This document shows positions 1-8,345 of a DNA stretch of 18,115 nucleotides, piece by piece. Both the position numbers and the translations under genes were made by a program. Numbering within the stretch: the first letter of the stretch is position 1; the number at the start of each line of letters is the position of its first letter. Origin of the DNA: Octopus sinensis (Eukaryota). The notes below the pieces were generated by a model. The model was not told where the DNA came from and did not search any database. It worked only from the letters and a program-made list of their open reading frames with translations. Location of the stretch: the NCBI RefSeq assembly GCF_006345805.1, contig NW_021824577.1, positions 1 to 18,115 on the forward strand, in the 5' to 3' direction.

Positions 1-92
1 ACAGAAGGCTTGTTTTATAAGGTTAAAGAATATATTAAGTCGTTATGTTAGAAAAATGTCAGAAAATTTTGCATATAGTAACATATTCTTTG

Positions 93-130
93 GAGAAATT
101 ATCGGTTTCGTGTTAACTTTTCAATTTCTC
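93..130 (-). ncRNA. Degenerate minimal type I hammerhead-like motif of PLE A
   Basis: Minus strand GAGAAA-UUGAAAA-GU UAAC AC-GAAA-CCGAUAA-UUUCUC. Stem I GAGAAA/UUUCUC, core UUGANAA, 2-bp stem II, GAAAC, near-palindromic ACCGAU. Spacing is one nucleotide off canonical. Confidence 0.5.
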
Positions 131-299
131 AAATGTCTTTACCTACATCGTGTCATGTCTTCGTATGCAGTGCAAAAAGAAGAGTTCCAGGCAGGGGGAG
201 TAATAAGCGATTTCTTCCCGTTATAAGGAGATAATCGCTATATATTTATTTTCTTCTTTTTTAATGACATGATTTTCTCTGTATAAGAATGTTAGGATG

Positions 300-566
300 A
301 TTAAGTTCAGGCTTATATTTTTCAATGAATAATGTTTCCTTGTTTAATTTAATTTGTGTTGGTGTTCCAATAGCACATTGATAGAATGGAAAGATTAAAA
401 ATTATGGTAGTAGTTGCTTTGCGCATTTCTCAATATGCTCACTAAAGGGTATCATTCTATATTCTAGGAATGCAATCTGTTGTCGATGCAGAGTGCATCT
501 GCGTGTGAGTGATAATCCCGTGGACCCCACGTAGTTCTGGTGGCAGCCCGAGCACCTTAAGACGTA
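300..566 (-). pseudogene. GIY-YIG endonuclease domain of PLE A (one in-frame stop; not in ORF track)
   Basis: Hand translation: YVLRCSGCHQNYVGSTGLSLTRRCTLHRQQIAFLEYRMIPFSEHIEKCAKQLLP*FLIFPFYQCAIGTPTQIKLNKETLFIEKYKPELN. It shows YVL-CxxC-YVG-T, R-x3-H, a second His, catalytic E and terminal LN. It aligns without gaps to the PLE B domain (51/89 identical by hand count). Confidence 0.9.
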
Positions 567-801
567 CTATTAATATTAATACCATCTTCTATAACATTAA
601 TGAATTTTCCATTAAATCTTCTGTCATCATTTCTATCATTATAGCGCCTTATTTTACTTGCGATGTTCCTGTGGTTGTTGTTCGCATTCCTTTCCCTTGG
701 ATAATAAAAAAACAACGTGTAACAGCTCATTGAAAACTTTTATTTCCAGTCCGTTGTATATCTTTGAGCGTTGGTGTCAATGAAGATAAAACTTTATAGT
801 T

Positions 802-804
<3 letters not shown>

Positions 805-869
<65 letters not shown>

Positions 870-1215
870 CATATATATATATATATATTATATATATACA
901 TATATATATTATACATATATATATATACATATATATATATACTACATATATATACATACATTATATATATACACACATATATATATATTACATACATATA
1001 TTATATATATACATTATATTACATAACATAATACATATATATATACATATATAATATATCATACATATATATATATATATACATATAATATGCATACATA
1101 TATACATATATATTACATATATATATATACATACATATATATATGCATACATATATACATATATATATACATAATATTAATACCATACAGATAATATAAT
1201 ATATACATATATATA

Positions 1216-1265
<50 letters not shown>

Positions 1266-1364
1266 TATATACATATATATATACATATATATATGCATAT
1301 ATATATATATTATACATATATATATACAATATATATACTATATATATATATGTATATATACATA

Positions 1365-1412
<48 letters not shown>

Positions 1413-1415
1413 ATA
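805..1415. repeat. Interrupted (TA)n/(TACA) microsatellite, ~600 bp
   Basis: Directly visible; source of the YIYI ORFs. Confidence 0.98.
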
Positions 1416-1473
1416 GATCAATAAATGGTAGGGTTGTGTTGACCGCACGTGGAGAAATGATAAGTAAGGAAAC

Positions 1474-1622
1474 ATTTTTTTTTAAATGCAGAATGCTCAA
1501 ATGAAAGAAAATTTTAATAAAATGAGAATGATAAAATATATAAATATATTTTATTCAACCGGTTTTCGTCATTGTATGACTTGTCAAGAATATTTTATGT
1601 TTTAAAAGTTTTTTTTAAAAAA
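1474..1622 (-). repeat. Left arm of ~150-bp inverted repeat (inverted pLTR of PLE B)
   Basis: Reverse complement of 2750-2904, e.g. AAATGCAGAATGCTCAAATGAAAGAAAATTTTAATAAAATGAG and GTTTTCGTCATTGTATGACTTGTCAAGAATATTT. Differences are mostly homopolymer indels. Confidence 0.95.
1552..1592 (-). ncRNA. Minimal type I hammerhead-like motif, U3-A8 core variant (inverted copy)
   Basis: Minus strand UAUUC-UUGACAA-GUCAU ACA AUGAC-GAAA-ACCGGUU-GAAUA. Perfect 5-bp stem I, 5-bp stem II and palindromic stem III (AACCGGUU). One extra A after GAAA relative to canonical. Confidence 0.65.
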
Positions 1623-2133
1623 CCCAAAAATGAATAACATTATAAATACAACAAAATCCTCAATGCAAAAGGCAACACAAATCTTTAAAAAAACTCTTGA
1701 CAAATGCCAAACTTCACACACCAATCCACCCCCAACAGTAAAAAAATGTGCACGCTCAAACTGTGGTACCTGCCCCTTTCTACTTGAAGGCTCTGAATTA
1801 CCTTCAAACAAGGTACGAAGTTTAAAATCAAGACTAACTTCTCCTGTTCCTCCGAGAACCTTATCTACGTTCTCACACATGCGCTGGTTGCCAACGTAAT
1901 TATGTTGGACAAACGAGTCTCCCGTTACGTAAACGAGTAACGGTGCATAAAGAACAAATAAATCTCCCGGAATACCGACAATTCCACTGAGTGACCACTT
2001 AGACTCATGTGCTAAAGACTTAAACCCCAATTTCTATATATTCCCCTTCTACCAATGTAAAGACGGGATCACCACACAGGAGAGAATTAACAAGGAGAAT
2101 CTCTTTATTGAAAAATTCCAAACACAACTTAAT
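1621..2133 (+). pseudogene. Linker, Cys-rich motif and GIY-YIG endonuclease of PLE B (several frameshifts)
   Basis: Joined frames: KRQHKSLKKLLTNAKL / PTVKKCARSNCGTCPFLLEG / IKTNFSCSSENLIYVLT / CAGCQRNYVGQTSLPLRKRVTVHKEQINLPEYRQ / IPLSDHLDSCAKDLNPNFYIFPFYQCKDGITTQERINKENLFIEKFQTQLN. Confidence 0.92.
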
Positions 2134-2749
2134 ATGCAAACTCTCGTTGATCAACTTCCTTTCTCTACCTCACTCTTCATGGATGGACTAACACAAATAT
2201 ATAAAGATACCATGCATTCATCACTTCAAGCTAAAACTTATATTCTTTAAATATCATTTTTACTATTGTTGTTATTACTATCATTTTTATTATAAATGAT
2301 ATGACAATTTGAAATGCAATTGTCTATGCAGATTTATATTATTAGAAATAATATAAATAAAGTGTTAAAATCTGAAAGTTAAGTTAACAAGCAATTATAT
2401 AAAAAAGATAATGCAAATGAAGCTAAAATGATAGTTTTATAATTTTGGGTTTTATTGAAGAACTCAAAAGAGTTGTCTCCCCTTACTCACAACACAGGAC
2501 TGAAGAACATGACCACAAATACTACTACTTCCTGTCCTGCAACATGCTGAATTTAACAACACACAACACATCACATGCTCTTAATCCCTTTGGATCTTAC
2601 ACCTCAAGGTATTTTTTGGTAACAACCCATAAAACTCAAGATACACAACGAACTCACAATGTATCGGAGAACTTATTTTTAATTTTTGTACATTTTTATC
2701 ATTATCTTTTACAAAAACAATGCAATTTCTTTTTTTGTCCCCTTTCTAA

Positions 2750-2904
2750 TTTTTTAAAAAAACTTCTTAAAACATAAATATTCTTGACAAGTCATACAAT
2801 GACGAAAACGGGTGAATAATATATATTTATATATTTTATCATTTTCTCATTTTATTAAAATTTTCTTTCATTTGAGCATTCTGCATTTTTTAAAAAAAAT
2901 TTTT
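2750..2904 (+). repeat. Right arm of inverted repeat (3' pLTR of PLE B)
   Basis: Near-identical reverse complement of 1474-1622. Confidence 0.95.
2779..2818 (+). ncRNA. Minimal type I hammerhead-like motif, U3-A8 core variant (3' copy; stem III palindrome damaged)
   Basis: UAUUC-UUGACAA-GUCAU ACA AUGAC-GAAA-ACGGGU-GAAUA. Confidence 0.55.
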
Positions 2905-2906
2905 AG

Positions 2907-2930
2907 TATATATATATATATATATATATA
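2907..2930. repeat. (TA)n spacer between the tail-to-tail 3' ends of PLE B and PLE C
   Basis: Directly visible perfect TA run. Confidence 0.95.
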
Positions 2931-3023
2931 ATTTTAATCCAAAAGGGAAACAAAAAAACAACAACAACAGGAAACAATTACAGTATTATTATTAATAGGC
3001 GCTCAGGAGATGGAAGCAGGGAG

Positions 3024-3058
3024 GTATGACGTTTCGAGCGGAGCTCTTCGTCGGAAAC
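3024..3058 (-). ncRNA. Minimal type I hammerhead ribozyme motif of PLE C
   Basis: Minus strand GUUU-CCGACGA-A-GAGC UCC GCUC-GAAAC-GUC-AUAC. Core CCGACGA (U4C relative to CUGANGA), 4-bp stem II, GAAAC, loopless palindromic stem III ACGU, GUC cleavage triplet, stem I with 3 of 4 pairs. Confidence 0.8.
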
Positions 3059-3229
3059 ATAAGAAGGAGGAGAGAGGAAAGAAAGACCCAGAGCGGGCAA
3101 CAGGGAAAGAGAAAAAAGACGACTGGTGTTTACGAGTTGCACATGGTGAAAGGCGGATGTTGACGATAACAAGAGCAAAGTGGGTTTTTAAAGGCAAAAG
3201 AGTGGAGACAAGGTGGTAAACCCAACAGA

Positions 3230-5965
3230 TGTGTGGGTATGTGTGAGTGTGTGCGTGTGCGTGTGTGTATGTGTGTGTGTGAGGCGAGATGAAAAAACAA
3301 AAAATATGGTGTGTTAGTGTGTGCGTCTGTGTGTAGGCGTGTGGGGTAGTGCGAGACTAGTGGTCAGCTAGCAGACGAGGTCAGTAGTAAGAAAGAAGGA
3401 AGGAGGAAGGGAGGTCAGTAGTAAGAAAAAGAAGGAAGGAGGAAGGGAGGGAGGGGAAGGGGTGGTCGTAAGTAGCGTGCCAGCGTGTGTTGAGTAGTAG
3501 TGTGTGTGTGTGTCCAGTGTCGTGGGTGGTATTAATGGCGAGTAGATGAATGTGTGTAAGAGTGATGTATATATAGGCAAGGTGTGTATATGTGTGCGCG
3601 TGTGTTGTAACGAAAAAGGGGGGGGGGTTAAGGAAAAAGGACTCCAGCTGAGGGGAAGATGGAAGAGTGGTACCGCGGAGACAGGCGTGGGAAAACCCAC
3701 GACACGCGACGGTCCAAGGAACGGGCGGGAGTCTCGTCAGGTCCAAGGGCGAGTGTATGCGGCGCGTATGCAGCGCGAGCCGGGCGCAAGTGCGTATGTG
3801 CGCGTGCCTGCGAGTATGCGCGTAAGTATGTATGTGTGTGGATGGTGAGTGGGTCTGGGTGTAGGTTTGGGTGGCAGTGTTTCCGATGAATGTATGTGAG
3901 TATGTGTGTATGTATGTGTGTGCATAGATGTATGTCCGGTGTGGTGTGTTGGTGTATGTGTGTGAGTGTGTATGTATGTACGTGTGGGTGTGAGGAAGTG
4001 TGTGTATGTGCATGTGTGTGCGCGTACATACAGGTGTGTGAGTGAGTGTGGGTGGTGTGTATGTATGTGTGAGTGTGTATGTATGTGTGTTTCGGATGCA
4101 TGTATGTGTATGGTGTATGTATGCGTGTGTGTAGGTTATGTATGTGTACGTGCGTGTGTGTGTGTATGCGTGTGGTGTGCGCGTGTGCATGCATGATGCA
4201 TGTGCGTATGGTGTGTGTGGTGTGGCATGTGTGTGGGTATATATGTATGTGCTTATATGTGTGTGTGTGTCGTACATGTGTGTGTGTGTGTATGCATGGT
4301 TGTGTTGTAGGTGTGTAGGCGTGTGTGTATAGGTGTATGTATGTAAGTATGTGTGGGTGTGTCCGTGTATTGTGTGTATGTAGGTGTGTGGGCGTGTGTA
4401 TATGTGTGTTATGTAGGTGTGTGGGCGTGTGTATATAGGTGTATGTTGTGTGTCTGGGTGTGTCCGTGCATGTTTGTGTGTGTGTGTGTATTGCAGTGTA
4501 TGTGGGTGTGTGTGTACGTGTGTAATATATTGTGTATGCGTGGTATGCGTGCGTGTGTGTATGTAGGTGCGTGTGTATGTGTGTGGGAGTGTAGGTGTGT
4601 GTGTGCGTGTGCGTGTTTATGTTGGTGTGGTGCGTATGTGAGTGTGAGTGTATGGTGTTTGTCATGCATGTGTGTGCGCGTGCAGGTGAGTGTTTTGTGT
4701 AAGTATGTGTGTGTCTATATATTTGTGTGATGTGTAAGTTGTGTTTGTTCTTGGTATGTATGTGCGTATAGGAGTATGTGGGTATGTGTGATGTATGTTA
4801 TGGGGTGTATGTATGTATGTGTGTGTGTGTGGCATGTGTATAAGTATATGTGTTGTGGTGCGTATGTGTGTATATGTGTATGTGTGTGTGTTTATGTATG
4901 TGTGTATGTATGTGTGTAGGCGTGTGTGTGTAGATGTATTTATGTATGTTGGGTGTCCGTGTGTGTTTGTGTGTGTGTGTAGGTAGATGGTGTGTGTCTG
5001 AGTGAGGGTATGGCTGTGTAGGTGTGTGTGTGTATGAATGTAAGTGTGTGTGTATACAAGTGTAAATGTATGTATGTAGGTGTGTTTGGTGTGTGTAGTG
5101 TACGTGTGCGTGTGTATGTGTGGTGTTTATGCGTGTAGTGTGAGTGTTGGGTGTATGTCTGTGTGTGTGTATGTCTGAAGTAGGTATGTATGTGTATGTA
5201 TGTATGTGTGTGTGTGCAGGTATGTGTGGTGTATGTGTGTGTGTGAGTAGGGTGCGTGTATGTATGTGGGTAGGGATGCATGCGAGTGTGTGGGTATGTA
5301 TGCATACATACGTACGCGCACATCCGAAGCAAGCCCACGCACAAAGCGCGCTCACGCACACAACGCACAACAGTTACAACGCAAGCCCAAGGGGCCGACC
5401 AAGCCCCCAGCGCGCGCCAGGTGCGCGAGCGCGCAAAGGCCCTCGAACGCCCCGCTACGCGGGAACCGAGGATCCTCAGCCAAAACCGAAAGCAGAAAAG
5501 AGGGGGGGCTGCCTGGATGCAAAAAGGTGTATGTGTGTGTGCATTCAGTGTAAGGGTGTGCATTGTTGGGCATGTATGTATGTATTGCCTAACATGTATG
5601 TTTGCATGTGGTGTGTGTGAAGTATGTACGGTGCGTGTGGTGTGGTGTGAGTGTGTGTGTATGTATGTGCGTAGTATGTGTGTGTATGTATGTATGTATG
5701 TCTGTGTGGTGTGTGTGTGTGTAAGTCATGTATGTGTGTGCGTATGTATGTATGTTGTGTGTGTAGGTGCATGTTGGTTTGTATGTTAGTGTGTGCTAGT
5801 ATGTCTGTAGGTGTGTGATTAAATGTGTGAAGTATGTACGTAGATGGGCTACGTATGTGTGTGTGAACAGGCGTGTGGGAGGTAGGTAGTTGGGTGTGTG
5901 TGGGAGGTAGGTGGGTGGGTGTGTGCGTGTGGGAGGCTGGTGGGTGGGTGGGTGTGGGTGGTGGC
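3230..5965. repeat. ~2.7-kb degenerate (TG)/(TATG)-rich low-complexity tract with two GC-rich interruptions
   Basis: Directly visible; source of the HTHT/VCVC ORFs. Confidence 0.95.
3377..3450. repeat. Tandem duplication of a 34-36-bp purine-rich unit
   Basis: GAGGTCAGTAGTAAGAAA(AA)GAAGGAAGGAGGAAGG at 3377-3410 and 3411-3446. Confidence 0.9.
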
Positions 5966-5989
5966 AAAAAAAAAAAAAAAAAAAAAACA

Positions 5990-6698
5990 GATCTCAGAGG
6001 AGGGGGCTGTGTTAAGTCCGTGTGGGGTGGTAGTTTGTAGGTTGAAGATGTAGCGTTGCTCCAAGTGGAGCCTGGAAAGTGGGCGACCTTGGTGGGGGGG
6101 CGAGACCAAACACTGAGATGTCATCTAGGGAATGGCGGCCGAGCGGAATGCGTGCGACGGGAGAAGGAGAGTGTAGGCGAACGTCCCTTAAGTGCTCAGT
6201 GAAACGGTCGGACACCGGCGTCCCGTCTGTCCTACATACAGCATCCCGCATAAGTTGCATTTAATGCAGTAAATAAGGCCAGACGAGGTGCACATAAAAG
6301 AGTGCCTAATGCGTACAGTGTGCAGGTTGGACCGGTGACAGCGGTGTGTTGGTTTGGTGATGAAGGGGCAAGTGTTGCAGCGGGATCTAGAGCAAGGGAA
6401 TGATCCGTGTGGGGCTGAGGGGGAAGGAGAGAGGGGGCTGTGGACTCAGGAGGTCACGCAGATTGCGATCTCGTTTGAAGAGAGGACAGGGGTAGGTTAG
6501 GGAAAATGGGGCGGGTGGTGGGATCAAGCTGGAGGCACGGAAGGCACGTAGTATCTTGCGACGAAGGGGTAGGGTAGAGGGGTGGAAACAGGAGGGGAAG
6601 GGGGTGCGGTTGGGGGGTGGGCGGGTGGAAGGAGACAGGGCGGTAGTGCGGTCGATGCGACGGGCGCGGGTGAGGGCATCAGAGAGGAGTATGGGATA
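5990..6698 (-). pseudogene. RT thumb end, linker, Cys motif and GIY-YIG endonuclease of PLE C (frameshifted)
   Basis: Joined frames: YPILLSDALTRARRIDRTTAL...FHPSTLPLRRKILRAF...FKRDRNLRDLL / GSFPCSRSRCNTCPFI / VRIRHSFMCTSSGLIYCIKCNLCGMLYVGQTGRR / SDRFTEHLRDVRLHSPSPVAR...HSLDDISVFGL / SRLHLEQRYIFNLQTTTPHGLN. Confidence 0.93.
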
Positions 6699-6873
6699 TA
6701 CATATATACGACGGGCTTCTTTCAGTTTCCGGCTACCAAATCCACTCACAAGGCTTTAGTCGGCCTGAGGCCGACCAAGGCCTTGTGAAGACACTTGCCC
6801 AAGGTGCCATGCAGTGGGTTTGAACCAGGAACCATGCGGTTGGTAAGCAAGCTAATTACCACACAACTACTCC
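6699..6873 (-). mobile_element. tRNA-derived SINE, 5' half (CORE-like; resembles octopus OR-type family), same family as 17287
   Basis: Minus strand GGAGTAGTTGTGTGG (A box)...GGTTCAAACCC (B box)...ACCTTGGGCAAGT (CORE-like)...GTGAGTGGATTTGGTAG-CGGAAACTGAAAGAAGCCCGTCG. Clearly homologous to 17293-17449. Confidence 0.9.
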
Positions 6874-8013
6874 GATATACATAAACAAATATACATATAT
6901 ATATATGCTGTCCCCATAGTAGCAGTTTGCTGTGCGTGTTAGACATCATAAAATGTTATGCCAATGTATTTCAAACATCCATTTTCGCATGATGTATGTC
7001 GACAACAACAATTTACTCTTAGATAATAGGTGAAGTGGCTGCATTTACTCTGTCAGTTATATAAGTATTGTAGTGTCTCGAAAATAGCATTGTGCGTAAA
7101 ACTGAAATTTATTACAAATATTCGTGCTCGGAAATAAACTATAGAACTTTCAAATGGAATTTTCTGAACCTACTCTTCGTTTTTGCTTTGTTCTTATTGT
7201 TTTCATTCGCCACCCCTGAGCGTTCAAATCAGAAATGAAGTATAATGCTATGCTAACATTAATTACTGCCACTGGTTTCACAAGCGAGACATTTAGATAC
7301 TAACGGATACGTATCTTTACATGCATACATGTATGCATGTATGTATGTATGTATATATATATGTATGTATGTAGTGTATGTATGTATGTATATATGTATA
7401 TATGTATGTGTGTATGTATGTATATATGTATATATGAATGTATAGATAAATAGAGATGCACATATATACACATATATACACACATATACACATATATGTC
7501 CCCTATAATTATTGTTAATTAATCCAGTGTGAAATAGTTACACCAGACCCATCACAAATAACTCACGCTAACACACTCACACACACATGTATGCACATAC
7601 ATACATTCATTAGTACGTACATACATACATACACACATGCATACTTACGTACATACAAAAATTGTATTTCAATCTCCATGCCTTGCTCTTTATACTTTCA
7701 CTTAACCAACTATTCTTTATTTCAGGATAATCTGATGCATATTCGATTTGTCCAGAGGAAGCAAGAAACACCAAAGCTACGTAATGATTTTCAACACATA
7801 ATTGTAGAACATATGCTAATGCATGCAGTGTATGGTATGAAAGAATGTCTTATTTGAGTTAGGAAATACCCAAAATATTTAATGGTCGAATGTGGACAGA
7901 ATAATAATACTGAAACGGTTCTAAGGCGAGCGAGAACAACAATTAATTTATAAAAATAAAATCATTATAAGATGAATGATTTTATAAGGATTTTATTGTT
8001 ATAAATTTATTAT

Positions 8014-8340
8014 CTAAAGATTACCAAATCGAAACAGCTGTCAGTTATGTTGTCATAAGAAATAATATTTTATTAATTACCTACCCATTTTCTCCTTATT
8101 ATTTGCATATATAAATATATGAACCAAGGCTTATATAGTTACTTCGTTGTTAAAATTTTTAGGGATTGGTAACTAACCAGATTTTCATTGGATTTTATTA
8201 TCCCTTAATGAGGTTTATAACCTATATATAATGCTGTTAAGCGAAAAAGATCAGTAAGCATTTAGTTTTATGATCCTTGAATATCGGGACAGCAACGAAG
8301 CTATAGTACTGGGAGTCCGTAAATTATCTTTATGCATGCA
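8014..8340 (+). mobile_element. Possible relic PLE terminal repeat fragment
   Basis: CTAAAGATTACCAAATC-GAAACAGCTGTC at 8014-8042 has GAAAC plus palindromic ACAGCTGT plus a GUC triplet. The segment ends at a (TA)n tract. Core and stem I are decayed and no coding remnant was seen. Confidence 0.3.
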
Positions 8341-8344
8341 TGTA

Positions 8345-8345
<1 letters not shown>

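Larger units (their letters stand above)
1..577 (-). mobile_element. Penelope-like retroelement remnant A (5'-truncated; GIY-YIG domain plus 3' region with hammerhead-like motif; may continue past the left edge)
   Basis: Minus-strand GIY-YIG reading frame at 566-300, followed downstream by a hammerhead-like motif at 130-93. This is the usual PLE order of endonuclease, 3' UTR, pLTR. Confidence 0.85.
1416..2905 (+). mobile_element. Penelope-like retroelement B (Neptune-like), 5'-truncated, with inverted 5' pLTR copy, flanked by (TA)n on both sides
   Basis: Frameshifted linker, Cys motif and GIY-YIG at 1621-2133; AT-rich 3' UTR; terminal segment 2750-2904 repeated in inverted orientation at 1474-1622; hammerhead-like motif in both copies. 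Confidence 0.9.
2931..6698 (-). mobile_element. Penelope-like retroelement C (Neptune-like), 5'-truncated at the end of the RT thumb, with very long CA-rich 3' region and hammerhead-bearing pLTR
   Basis: Coding remnant at 6698-5990, low-complexity CA-rich tract on the same strand, hammerhead at 3058-3024, end abutting (TA)n. That the coding part and the pLTR are one insertion is inferred from shared strand and C-rich bias. Confidence 0.8.

Noticed and set aside
509-733. 74-aa plus-strand ORF
   Set aside because: Partly antisense to the PLE A endonuclease; no recognisable motif.
727-1424. YIYI-rich ORFs
   Set aside because: Translations of (TA)n microsatellite; the same applies to 14893-15444.
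1602-2030. 142-aa minus-strand ORF
   Set aside because: Antisense shadow of the PLE B endonuclease remnant.
3678-3742. CUGACGA on the minus strand followed by GAC...GUC pairing
   Set aside because: No GAAA follows the putative stem II, so it is not a hammerhead.
5942-5958. G-quadruplex pattern GGGTGGGTGGGTGTGGG
   Set aside because: Follows from the G-rich strand bias of the PLE C low-complexity tract; no independent sign of function.
3368-5967. Long His/Thr- or Val/Cys-rich ORFs (up to 345 aa)
   Set aside because: Open in many frames because CA/TG repeats lack stop codons; no domain signature.
7318-7341. 24-bp perfect palindrome TACATGCATACATGTATGCATGTA
   Set aside because: Expected by-product of alternating purine-pyrimidine microsatellite.
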